Of a stretch of DNA of 64,000 bases, positions 46,855 to 58,579 are shown piece by piece; the first letter of the stretch is position 1; every line of letters starts with the position of its first letter. Where the stretch lies: the NCBI GenBank assembly GCA_025603075.1, contig MU626345.1:1-64000 (forward strand), given 5' to 3'. The position numbers were made by a program, and so were the translations under genes. The notes beneath the pieces are model-generated. The model was not told the DNA's origin. It made no database searches and saw nothing but the letters and a program-made list of their open reading frames with translations. This DNA comes from Neoconidiobolus thromboides FSU 785 (taxonomy: Eukaryota > Fungi > Entomophthoromycota).

Positions 46855-48936
46855 ATGTCTACTTTATTTAATAAACATCATCCTAACCCTCATCCACCCA
46901 GTAAGCGTCATGTACTTACCCTCCATGAAAAGGTACAGGTACTAAAATTTATGGAATCTCATCCGGATGTCCCAATTCAGGAAATATGCGCCAAATTTTC
47001 ATCCAATCCACGTACATTAAAGCGTATCTGTGACCGACGTGAAACTTTGTTACAATTAGCTCCAGGTGATCGTCGATTATTGCGTACACGTATCACTAAA
47101 GGTACTTGTCAACCCGTTGAAATCTGTTTACTAAAATGGATAGATTCTTTAAATTTTAATAATTTACCACTACAGAATCACACACTTCAAGCACGTGCTA
47201 AATACTTTTTATCATTAGTTAAATTGTATCTACCCAATGTACCTTCGTTAGCTGCTTCCAATGGTTGGATTAATCGCTTTAAAATTCGCAATTCTATTGA
47301 TGTGAAACAAATTAATTGTGCTCGTTTTAATTCATTTAAAGAGGAACTAGAACCTGCAAGAAATAAGTTACAAAACTTGATATCCACTTTTGATTTCAAT
47401 GATGTATTTGTTTTAGGTTCTACTATGCTTTATCATTCCTTTATCCCCAATCCACCAAATGTTAATAGTAATAATAATATTATTAATCATGCTACTGATT
47501 CAGAACTCCTTCCACCAATACCACCAACGGATAAATTATCTTTATTCTTATGTTCTAATGCTACGGGTACTGATAAATTATTACCTTCTGTATTATTACC
47601 TGATAATTGTAATAAAGAGGAATTTGACTCGTTATTAATTGAGCTTATCCAAGGATCCAATGGGTGGGTATCTCAATTTACTTTCACTTCCTGGTTTAAT
47701 TACTTCCAAAGTTATATTGGAATTAAAAGAAAAGTATTATTGATATTAGAATATCAATATAAGGAATGTTATATCTCATCTAAATTTGAAGAATTATATC
47801 CTAATATTCAAGTTTCTTTTTTACCTGAATTTCATTCCAATCTTTTAAATCCATTCTCTTTAGGTTTAATTAAGTCATTCAAATCTTACTATAGAACTTA
47901 TCTAATTAAACAAGTACTCTCTTCTACTGATATTCAATTGAACCACAACTTTGAAACTTTCCATATTGACTTAAAAGAAGCAATGGAATTTATTCAGCTG
48001 GCTTGGGAGAATGTAACTTGTAATACAATACATGAAGCTTGGTTTAAATCGAATATAGTACCACCTCAATATTATTTAAATAGTCCCATTATTTATACGG
48101 ATTTTGATCCTATCAAACAATTATTTGATAATAATCCTACATTAAATCAATATATTGGAAATTATGACGTATTAGATCGGATTTATATGGATAAACCAGC
48201 TTGTTTTCCAACAGAAAATGAATTACTTTTTGTGGAAGAATCACTCTCTTTTTTTAAAGAAGCCCATCCACCTTCTCCACCTTCAGGTAATTTGAAACAA
48301 AACAAATGTAAATTTAAAGAAAATGAATTATCAAAAGAAGAGTTAATAATGGAAACTACAAAACACCCGGTTATTAATAATAATAATAATAATGAATTTA
48401 TAAACTATAATAATAATAATTCAAGTTCAACTAATAATAATTTATTAAATGATCCATTATTTAATAATTTATTTAATGAATTTAATCCATTAGATTTAAC
48501 TTCTAATAATAATAATAATAATAATAATTGGAATTTATCAACTATATGTAATGATATTTCCAATATGACTAGTGTTAGCACTTCACTTTATACAACTGCA
48601 CCATTTCTACCTTATAATGAATTCAATGGCCTATTTGATTATAATTATATGATGGAGTTACCTAAAATTGATACAACAATACAACCTTATCCAACTACAT
48701 CTACACCAGCGCCATCTCCATTCTTAGAACAAAATAAAGAAGAAGAGAATTGTAATATTAATGGAATTAATAATCTACCACCTAGTATAAATGAAATTAA
48801 TAATGTAGATATGTTATTAAGTTTATTAAAATCTCATTTAAGTCAAGGATTTCCTGTTCCTGATTCAGTTAATGAAGCACTTGATTTAGTTTCAAATTAT
48901 GTTCACCAGTTTGATCCAAATAATAAGGGAAATTAG
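46855..48936 (+). CDS. CENP-B/pogo (Tigger)-derived protein: HTH_psq + HTH_Tnp_Tc5 + catalytically dead DDE_1 + Asn-rich tail
   Basis: LTLHEKVQVL, ASNGWINRFKIRN, LCSNATGTDKL and LGLIKSFKSYYR. Intact 693-aa ORF; no TIRs evident nearby. Confidence 0.88.
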   Translation: MSTLFNKHHPNPHPPSKRHVLTLHEKVQVLKFMESHPDVPIQEICAKFSSNPRTLKRICDRRETLLQLAPGDRRLLRTRITKGTCQPVEICLLKWIDSLNFNNLPLQNHTLQARAKYFLSLVKLYLPNVPSLAASNGWINRFKIRNSIDVKQINCARFNSFKEELEPARNKLQNLISTFDFNDVFVLGSTMLYHSFIPNPPNVNSNNNIINHATDSELLPPIPPTDKLSLFLCSNATGTDKLLPSVLLPDNCNKEEFDSLLIELIQGSNGWVSQFTFTSWFNYFQSYIGIKRKVLLILEYQYKECYISSKFEELYPNIQVSFLPEFHSNLLNPFSLGLIKSFKSYYRTYLIKQVLSSTDIQLNHNFETFHIDLKEAMEFIQLAWENVTCNTIHEAWFKSNIVPPQYYLNSPIIYTDFDPIKQLFDNNPTLNQYIGNYDVLDRIYMDKPACFPTENELLFVEESLSFFKEAHPPSPPSGNLKQNKCKFKENELSKEELIMETTKHPVINNNNNNEFINYNNNNSSSTNNNLLNDPLFNNLFNEFNPLDLTSNNNNNNNNWNLSTICNDISNMTSVSTSLYTTAPFLPYNEFNGLFDYNYMMELPKIDTTIQPYPTTSTPAPSPFLEQNKEEENCNINGINNLPPSINEINNVDMLLSLLKSHLSQGFPVPDSVNEALDLVSNYVHQFDPNNKGN

Positions 48937-49333
48937 TAAAAGTAATAGTTTGTATAACCTCATTTTCTTAACTTTGTTTTGCTAAATAAAAAATCATGCT
49001 TGTAATATATGAATATTATTATTATTTTAAGTTTTATTTATTTTAGTTTATATTAAAACAAATGTCAAATAAGAATAAATTTAATTAAAGAATTTATTAA
49101 AGAATTTATTTTAGTTTAAATTAAATTTTTAAATATCAAATAATAAATGAAACAATTTTAATTACTCTTTGTTAATAAATATTTATTTTTAGTATAAAAA
49201 AATAGATGGATTAATTTTCAAATGTTTTTTAACGTCTACTAAAAAAACATGCTATTTTTGCAACAAACTTTGCTTTTTGATTTTTAACTTTTTTCAATAA
49301 TTAACAATTAATTAACATAAAATAAAATAAATT

Positions 49334-51007
49334 ATGAGTACTTTAATCCGCGCTTTATATGAACGTTATAATAAAAAAGAGGAATATGAAAATGATAGTA
49401 ATAGAAACTATTTACAACATAATCCATTTAATGCAAAAAAACAAATGATACAAAATTTGATTACAGTTATCATTAAGATTCTTAAACCATTACTAAAAGT
49501 AAGTTTAATTGGAATATTATTAGATTTATTACCAACAATATTAAAATTAAAAAAAGTCAATTTAAATATCAATACTTTGATAAACAAAATATCAATGAAT
49601 GCTTCTTTTATTCAATCCATCTTTTCATTTTTTAAACAATATCCTAAACGTAACTCTTGGATAACTGCTTTATTTTTTTCTACTTTATCAGTTCAATTGA
49701 TTTCACCAACAATACCAAAATATCCTATTGAAGATAATAGTAAAGTATTATTAAATAATTCATTAAAGATTACACTAGACAATAAATTAGCATTAAGTCG
49801 ACTTGAATTTGAATTAATAGTAAAACAATTTCTAGCTAATTTTGTTAGTGTAGGTCTAGGTATTTATTTATTAAGATTTACTAAGTTTCAAAAAGAAAGG
49901 TTTTTAAAAAGTAAACATCATTTAGCTACAGCCTTTTACTTTTTTATTCAAGCAATTTATTCTCTGTGGTCATTTCAAAAATTAAGAACAATCAAATTGT
50001 TAAAGCCATGGAATATAGTCACTCCTTGGTTGAATTTTAATTTGAATTTAATTGGTAATTTTTCAGAAATAGTATTATTCTCATTCTCTAGTTATGTTGT
50101 TATGATTAATTGGTTTTATAATCCAACCACATTACCGAATTCCTTTGTTCGTTGGATTAATTCGTTTGCTGAGATTGATTCTAGATTATTAGATTATTTA
50201 AGGGGATTAGAATTCAATATGATAAAAGAAGGTCAACATTCAGATATTTTAAAAGATTACTGTGAATCTAAAAGTATTAATCCAACATCAGGTGATCCTT
50301 ATTATGGTTTATTAAGTTGTAATTTATTACATCCATTGACTGGTAATAATTGTCAACAACATATTTATTATCGATTTATTTCTGCTTTTATTAAGTCTTT
50401 AATTACTATGTATATTCCATTAAATTTATTCACTTTTATTTTAAATTATCTATTTAAAAAAAATCATAATTTAAATCATAAGGATTCAACTAATCCTTCT
50501 TCTTCTTCTTCTTCTTCTTCTTCTTCTATTATTACTATATTAAAACAAAAAGTTTTATATCCTTCTTTACAATCTTCTGCTTTTTTAGCTACCTTTATAG
50601 CTACTATGTTTGGTACTATTTGTCTTGCGCGAAACCAGTTAAAAACAGATCGATATGATGCACGACTTGGATCTTTAATGAGTGGTTTTACTTCCATATT
50701 AATTGAATCCCCATCTCGTCGATTACCATTGACATTATACTTATTACCTAGAGCTTTAGTTAGTTTATATTATAATTATTGCTTAAAATATATACCAGCT
50801 CAATATCTGGATACTCCCTTGTTGACAATGTCATTGGCTACTTTATTAACTTGTTATAAATTACAACCCAAAAGTTTATTGCCTCCTTTACAGACGATTT
50901 TAAATTGGATTTTTGATAAAAGAAGTGATCTATTGGATAAAGATGGCTCCCCTAATTCAACACCTACCCCGGAAACCTGCATGGAGATGATATCGGATGA
51001 TTTATGA
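49334..51007 (+). CDS. TMEM135-family membrane protein
   Basis: C..LHP...C, MYIPL, SLQSSAFLATF and LIESPSRRLPLTLYLLPRAL motifs. Confidence 0.82.
   Translation: MSTLIRALYERYNKKEEYENDSNRNYLQHNPFNAKKQMIQNLITVIIKILKPLLKVSLIGILLDLLPTILKLKKVNLNINTLINKISMNASFIQSIFSFFKQYPKRNSWITALFFSTLSVQLISPTIPKYPIEDNSKVLLNNSLKITLDNKLALSRLEFELIVKQFLANFVSVGLGIYLLRFTKFQKERFLKSKHHLATAFYFFIQAIYSLWSFQKLRTIKLLKPWNIVTPWLNFNLNLIGNFSEIVLFSFSSYVVMINWFYNPTTLPNSFVRWINSFAEIDSRLLDYLRGLEFNMIKEGQHSDILKDYCESKSINPTSGDPYYGLLSCNLLHPLTGNNCQQHIYYRFISAFIKSLITMYIPLNLFTFILNYLFKKNHNLNHKDSTNPSSSSSSSSSSIITILKQKVLYPSLQSSAFLATFIATMFGTICLARNQLKTDRYDARLGSLMSGFTSILIESPSRRLPLTLYLLPRALVSLYYNYCLKYIPAQYLDTPLLTMSLATLLTCYKLQPKSLLPPLQTILNWIFDKRSDLLDKDGSPNSTPTPETCMEMISDDL
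50497..50527. repeat. (TCT)n microsatellite encoding poly-Ser
   Basis: About ten TCT units inside the TMEM135-like ORF. Confidence 0.85.
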
Positions 51008-51213
51008 ATATTATTTGTTTGTTTTTTGGATATTAGTTTATATTAGAAGTTAATAAAGTCAAATTTTTAATAAGAATAGAATCTAAAATTATTTATTTAG
51101 TTATATTTTATTTATTTTTAAAATTGATTCATTTTAAATATATATTCTATAAAAAAGCTATCCTCCTTCTTCCTCTTCTTCTTCTTATTATTCTATAAAC
51201 TTCTCCTTTACAT

Positions 51214-53559
51214 TTAATCAAAATCCGAGTCTTGATCTGAGGTAACTTGAATAGCAGCAAATGGATTGGAAGTGGTTGTTTCATTTTCATTAAGATTTTC
51301 AATTTGTTCACCACCCATTTGAGTACTTTGTTGGTTATCTTCTGGATTATCATTAAGTGTAAGATCTTCTAATAATTCAGCTAATTTAATTTCTGGGAAA
51401 CCATCCTCACCACCCATATCAGCATCTGAATCTTCCATTTCAGCATAAGCATCATCCATATCTTCTTCTTCTTCAACTGCTTCAAGAGTATTTAATTGTG
51501 CTTGTTCATCTAATATTAAATATTAATATTAATATTAATATATATATATTTAAATTATTACCTTTGTAAAGATTAATATTTGATCTCATTTCTGGATCTT
51601 CTTCAATATCACGTAAAAACATTTCAAAATCATTTCTATTAAATAAAATATAAATAAATAAACTTTTTATAATAATAATCAAACTTACTCTGCTTTTTCA
51701 GCATCAATTTTACGCATCTTAAGGTCAGCGTCATCTTTAACCAAAGATTTAACTTTCCAATATCTTTTCTTATTCTTCTTACGACGATTAGAGTAACTCT
51801 TTTTAATTAATACCTAATTTAATTAATTAAATAAACAAATACAAAATACTAATACATAATACTATTATTATTATGAAAAAATAGACTTACAATATTAGGT
51901 GTATGTTCTTGATTAAGTGAATCATAATTGGAATCATTTAAATTGGAATTAGTAAGATCGTAACTAATTAAATTATTATCAATTAAACAATAATAAAAAT
52001 TCAATATTAAATTACCCATAAACTAAATCTCCATAATTTAAGATTGAACCAAGATGAGTACGAGTATGATAAGTTGTATCATTTCGACCAAAATCTTGAA
52101 TTCTTGCAACTTGAACATCAGCAAGCGCATACTATTGAATTAATTAATTAATTAGTTAAGATAATAAATTATTATTTATAAATAAAAGACAAATACTTAC
52201 TTTCCCACGAGTATAACCGGAATGATCAATATCAACTACAACAAATTCAACTAAATCACCATGGGTGCATAGTGCATTAAATGGATAACGGTAATAAACA
52301 GTATTAGAAATATCAGCATCTAAAAAAATATTCATTAATTATCAAAAAAACTCCCTTCTCACATTAATAATTATTTACGATTTAATGTGTTTGGATCAAT
52401 AACATGAATCGAATTACTGACACGGGATACAATACATAATGGACTATATAAAAAAATATTAATATCAATATTTTAAAAAATTATTATAAAAAATTTACTT
52501 AATATTTCCTAGTGATCTAGCCGTTTTCAAAGGTAAACAAACTAGATCATCTTTACAAATAGGTGAAATTTCCATTGAATAAGTAAATTTAAAATTAGAA
52601 GAACCAGTATGAGTATCTGAAGAAATCAATTGTTCCGATGTTTTAACTCTAAAATAAAATAAAAACACATATTAAAACCCTTCCATTTATAACCGATCAT
52701 TAAGGTAATAACTCACCTTCCAGGTACAACGGAAAGTAAAAACTCACTCATTCTAATAGCATGTGAACGAGAAACATAAAAAAAATCGATACCATCTTTA
52801 GCTTCTTTAATATTAGTAGTTTCTTTATGGGCATTATGTTTTAAGATTAATTGTTCTAAAAATAAAAAGGTACGTTTATGAGAAACCTAAATAAATAAAT
52901 ATCAAATTAATAAACATGTTAAACTTAAATTTTTAAACGTTAAAACATTAAAGAAAAACTTACTTTTTGTCTCACTTGGACTACTGCTTTCCATGTATTT
53001 TTGGCCATAATTTTAGTACAATCATCACATTGTTGATTAGCAACCACAAATTCTACTTCAAATGTTTGTTGAAGGATAGTAGCTGCAAAGACCTAATATA
53101 AATAAAATTAATAAACCAATCTATCAAAACAAACAGCATTGTTTACCTCTTTTTGAATAGTTAATTTCACTTTAATTCTTCTCGAATGTGGTTCTGTCCA
53201 AATAAACCCAGCATCGATCAATCGTACCTGTTTCAATCCTTTGAGTTTCTTAATACAAAGCGCTAATAATTCACGAGATTCTAAAGTACATAATACCCAA
53301 TGACTTGGTGGTTGAAGATAACGCTCACAATTACGACAGAAATGTAACGTCCCATTCTTGGGGATACCATCCGTGATATCTACTTCATTACGGATACAGT
53401 TAACGCACATGTTCGCTGGATTCGGCGGGATGGCTGTACCGCAACCGCAACATAAGCTAGAGTAAGTTATGGATTAAAAAGTGCTTTTTTTAGAGATTTA
53501 AGAGAGTATACTTACATCACTTGTTCCGTTTGTATAGGATTATATTGATTATATTCCAT
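51214..53559 (-). CDS. NMD3: 60S ribosomal export adaptor NMD3, about 11 introns
   Basis: CCGCGTAIPPNPANMCVNC, LIDAGFIWTEPHSRRIKVKLTIQKEV and HKRTFLFLEQLILKH; acidic C-terminus. Confidence 0.96.
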
Positions 53560-53775
53560 TTTTTAAATGTTTTAGGTTTTAATTTAAAAAAGAATAAAAA
53601 ACTTTCAAAGCTTTTGAAACTGCGATTTATATTCCAAAAAAACTTGGTGGTTTTATTGGTTGTTAGGATTAGAAATTTGGAAATTTTCGATATAATTTTT
53701 GTTTATTTAAAAGTGCTTAAAAGCTGGATTATTAATATAAGAGTACTAAGGATACAATAAGAATCGATAGAAATT

Positions 53776-55020
53776 ATGGCTAATAAAAGAGTTAAACCAA
53801 AGGCAATACCAGATATTTATAATGATAAAGAGGAAGGGTAAGTCAATAATAATAATAATTCAATTTAGTTTTTATAACTTCTAAATTAATACTAACAATT
53901 TTAACTAGTCGAGATTTTGATCCTAAACAAGGAGAAGTTGTATCGGATGTACCAAAGAGATTTCAACGGATAATGAATCAAAAAGAATACCAAATTAAAG
54001 CAAAGGAATTAAAAAAGAAAGGTAAATATTTAACGAAACTTTATATGATGGTTAATAGATAGAAGTCAATTAGAGTTCAAACAAGGTGGTAAAATAGAGG
54101 TAATTTTAAAAACTATGGAGTTCTAATACAGTTTAATAATGTTTATTATGATTAATTTTAGAAGAAAAAAGAAAAATTAGAAAAATTAGAAAACGAAAGT
54201 TTGAGACAGTTTAATAAGTAAGTTTTTATATAAAAGGATAGAATATATGGGGATGTCTTTTTGGTTTCATTACTTTTTCCATTTTTTAAGTGCTATTTGA
54301 GCGGAAAAATTGTTAGTAAAATTGATAAGCAAAAAAAACACATCCCCATATGCTATTATTTTATTATCAATTAAAATATAATAAATTGATACTAATATTG
54401 TAAATATAGACGAGTGGAACTCACCTTAGGACATAGTAAATCAATGTTTAAAGAAGCTGTTGTTGGTAAATCACAAAAAAAAGAAAAGTAGGACTATACT
54501 ATCTTTAAAAAAAGTAAACTAAATCGCTTCTTCTCTTTTATAGACGTAAACAAAAACAAATATTAGAAAAACAAGCTTTATTAGAATTACAACAACAAGA
54601 AAATGATCGAAAAGATTTTAATAAGCTAACAGATAAAGTGAAATTCGGTGAAGTAGCTATGGCACCACCTACATTAAGTGCTAAACCAAAAGATCGAGCT
54701 AAGGTAAACCAAATTAAAATTTTCATTTAAAATATATCTTATAGCACATTCTCTTTTGATTAAAAGGAACATTAACAATTAATTTGTTTAAATGTTATAT
54801 GCTAACGTTTTCTTGTTTTATATAGAACCGTCGTGAACTTATCAATAAGATGCAAAATACTGGCAAAAAGACAATTAACAATCAACCTATAAATAGAGAA
54901 AGAGTGGGACCTAAAATTGAGAAATCACCAGCAGAAAAAAGAATTTTGGAACAAGAAAGAAGTAGAGTTGTGGACATGTATCGTAGATTAAAAAAAGAAA
55001 AATTAGAACAACAGCAATAG
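53776..55020 (+). CDS. CCDC137-like basic coiled-coil (nucleolar-type) protein, multi-exon
   Basis: Not in the ORF track. Spliced: ENESLRQFNKRV, DKVKFGEVAMAPPTL and LEQERSRVVDMYRRLK. Confidence 0.78.
54249..54347 (-). mobile_element. MITE copy 17 (intronic)
   Basis: ATAT/ATAT flanks; lies inside the intron at about 54218-54409 of the CCDC137-like gene. Confidence 0.92.
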
Positions 55021-55280
55021 AAATAAAAGAAAGTGGAATAAATTCAATGTTACAAATAACAAATTTAGTTTGGCCTTTTTCTTTTGATAGATTGGGTATA
55101 TTAGCTGTAGTGTGAAGTTGATGTTTCTGAATTTATTGACAGCATTTTATCTTATCATTTTTGACTAAAATATAAAAACTATTTAAAATATTATAATATA
55201 CAAAATTAATTAAAATGATATCAACTTAATAAATAAATATTTTTTATTAATGCCTTAGTTTACATTTATATTAACCTTAG

Positions 55281-57390
55281 TTAAATCTCGTAACAAATAT
55301 CATTATTCTCTAAATAAGAAATTAGCATATTTAAATTTTCTCTTACAATAAACCATCTATCACAAGCTTTTTCCATAAAAAACATAAGTATTCCTAGTCC
55401 AACGGCTATATTTTCTACTTTCCAAATAACATTATGTTGCATTTGAAAATAACTCATATCTAACTTAATTATCTTATCGATTTTCTGCTTTGGTTTTAAA
55501 TAATTCCAAACAATCAAAAATCGAGCAAATACCATAGAACAATTGCATAAACAATACCATTTAAATGCAACAAAATATCGTGAGTAATCATTTTCCATTA
55601 TTAACAATATATTTAATATACTATTTGCAGCCAATAATGATAAACTTGTAGATCTTAATTTTAATTCATTATTTTTATTTTTATTATTAATGTTATTATC
55701 GTTATTATTAATATCATTATCATTATTACTAATTAATTGAATAAAATAACTAAAATCTAAAGATTTACTATACAAATTAACTATAGCAGTGTAATACCAT
55801 AATTGAATCATACAACTTAATTTATTTTGTTTAGTTGGTAATTCATAAAACAAATTATACAACTCAGGTTGATTACAAATTAATTGAAACATTGGGTTAC
55901 ATAATTTATTATATTTTATATTGGCTTTTTGTGGTGTTAACAACATTAATTGAGTTAATTGAGATTCAATTTCTTTTATTTTAATAATTAAATTATCATC
56001 AATTAATATATTATTGGATTGTTGATTTAATTGATGAATTTTGTAAAATAATTGATGATATTCCATTTGCCATTTTAATAAATATAAATCGTCATTGTTT
56101 TCTTTTTCATAATATTTTCGATACTTAATAAAATTATCAAATTCTTTTAATTCTGTTGAAAATATATAACTATCCGCTTGATATTTAGTTAACATTGGTT
56201 GTCTATTTAATACATATCCGAAAATTCGATCTGTTATAAAACAAATACCTGCAATTCGCATCATAGAAGGTTCTTGATATGCTATAAATTTAGGTGTTTT
56301 CATTAAAGCTCCTATTAATAGAGACAATCTTATCCCAATTTCTCCATAATTAGTCCATTTCATCAATTTAACTGTCATTGCAGGTGGTGCTCTTAATAAT
56401 AAAAAAGCACAAGTAGTAAACTCAGAAGCAACATTATAATATTGATTAACCATTGTCAATATAGTGTGTTCTAAATACAAATATAATCTTTTAGGAAAAT
56501 CAGAGTGAGCACAAGATATTAATAGGACTACATTTAACAAAAAACTAAATTGTTGATTTATTTTAGTTGTTATTGTATTTGCTGAAAATTGCTTTACATA
56601 ATTTAAGAACTTTTTGGGTGATAATACAGGAAAAGAATAATGAAACCTTTGAAAATAAACTTTAATAGCTTTATCTTGATAGCTTTGACATAACAAGCTT
56701 AAAACTAAAGATTCTTCTAAAGGGTTATATTCAATGATACCTAGCATTAATTTAGTATTTGAATTACTCTTTGGACTTATTAAACTTTTATTTTTTGTTT
56801 CTTTAAATTTGTCATAAAATGTGATTTCTGCTGTTAAGCATCCCATTGGACTATATCCTTGATAATAAAACCTATTTCCAGATGATAGTTGAAATATAAC
56901 ACCTCGCTTCAACATAGAAGAATCAGTAATATGCATTAGATTAAACAATATTGTCAACCTAGCTACTGATATTTCAGATTGAAATGCATTATCATTTTTT
57001 GATTTTCTTTTCATTAAATTTTTATCTTTATTGGTAGCAGTTATTATATTATCTAATTGAATTAAACTATTTGTAGTATTATGAGGAATATTATTATTAT
57101 TATATTGCTATAAAATAATAAAATTTAATATCATAATAAAAATAGATAAAGTAAAATAAATTTACCATATTTAAGTTGTAACTTGGTTGATAATATCGAA
57201 AGCTAAAGCTATTATTTTTTATCCGATCTTTATTTTGATGATACCAATAAGTACATGGTAAATCTTTTTTAGTACATAAACTACATGCTGGTATACCAGC
57301 ATCACATCGCTTCTTTTTTTCCCTACAATTATCACAAGCCTTGGTTACTTTTTTCTTTTTTATTGATGTTGTACTTGTCATTGACTGCAT
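55281..57390 (-). CDS. Zn(II)2Cys6 transcription factor with fungal-specific TF middle domain, 1 intron
   Basis: ACDNCREKKKRCDAGIPACSLCTKKDLPC; an intron at about 57107-57160 joins the two tracked ORFs; YFQRFHYSFPVL motif. Confidence 0.92.
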
Positions 57391-58263
57391 TTTTTATAAC
57401 ATATTTAACTAAAAAAAGTGAATGATTAGCATTGGTTTTTCTCATAGTATTTATAAGTTTAAGTTTAGCTCAAAACGAATCAAGTTTAATTGGTTTAAAC
57501 CTTTAGCCGATTCCAAACCAGTTTTTGAATTTAAGGAAATAATCAAAAGGGTTGGATTTATTGGTCAAAGTTAAGGAGGTGTCAAAACTATACTGGATAT
57601 TTTGGTAGTTTTTAATAGCTTTATAGTCAAAATTAAAATAACCTTTAAATTGTAACATCCCTTTTTTCTATTTTGAAGGGTGCATTTCTTATGCAATGGA
57701 AGTTCACTGAGCTTTTTTTCACATCAACTTTTTTAAATTGATGGAGGTATCCCACCTATAAATATATAGTATTCACTATAATGCATTTTGATCATTATAC
57801 TTAGTTTATCGAAGTTTAGATTTCAACTATATGCTGTGACACTTGAGAACATTCTACATTAAACAATAACAATAATAATTGAAATAGTGATTAAAAATAT
57901 ATCCGCAGAAGTTCTAAATATTCAATTTAAAATAATGTGTTCTCAATTCTTTACAAATAAGAAAATAATTATTATATCTGAAACATTAAATGTTATGAGA
58001 AAAGGGATCAATAAATTACGATAAAATAAAAACAGTTGGCATATCATTTAATTAATATTGAAAACATGGTAGCTAAGAGTAATGCATTTACTTTATTTAG
58101 TTAAATATAACTTTATCTGAGTTTAAATTTTATCAGTTAATAATTTAGTAAAATAATGCGATTTAGCTGAGAAATTTTATTAACTGCCATTTGGTTGGTA
58201 GTAAAAAAACAAAATTATTAGGTGTCTTTAAATTGACATTAGATCTATTCGAACTTAATATAT

Positions 58264-58362
58264 GGGGATGTTTTTTTTGACTTCATCACTTTTTCGATTT
58301 TTAAGTGCTATTTGAGCGGAAAGATTGTTAGTAAGATTCTTAAACAAAAAAAATAGATCACT
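58264..58362 (-). mobile_element. MITE copy 18
   Basis: ATAT/ATAT flanks; about 220 bp upstream of the fRMsr start. Confidence 0.85.
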
Positions 58363-58579
58363 ATATAAAGATTTTATAGTTTTGAACTTCTCAAATTAAT
58401 AGATAAAATATTGAAATATTTCTGTGTTATGGCATCTAGTTTTATTTAAATTAAATCTTCTCAACAAAATGAACAAACTTCATCTTGAAATTGCATCATT
58501 TTTAGAAATAAAAAACATAGAAAAATTTAGTAAACTAAAAAAATCCCACTCTTAACAAACAATAATAACAATAACTGCA

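Noticed and set aside
2941-58362. Repeated palindromic-ended unit as a CRISPR or REP-like array
   Set aside because: Copies are dispersed, in both orientations, irregularly spaced and flanked by target duplications in a eukaryotic genome.
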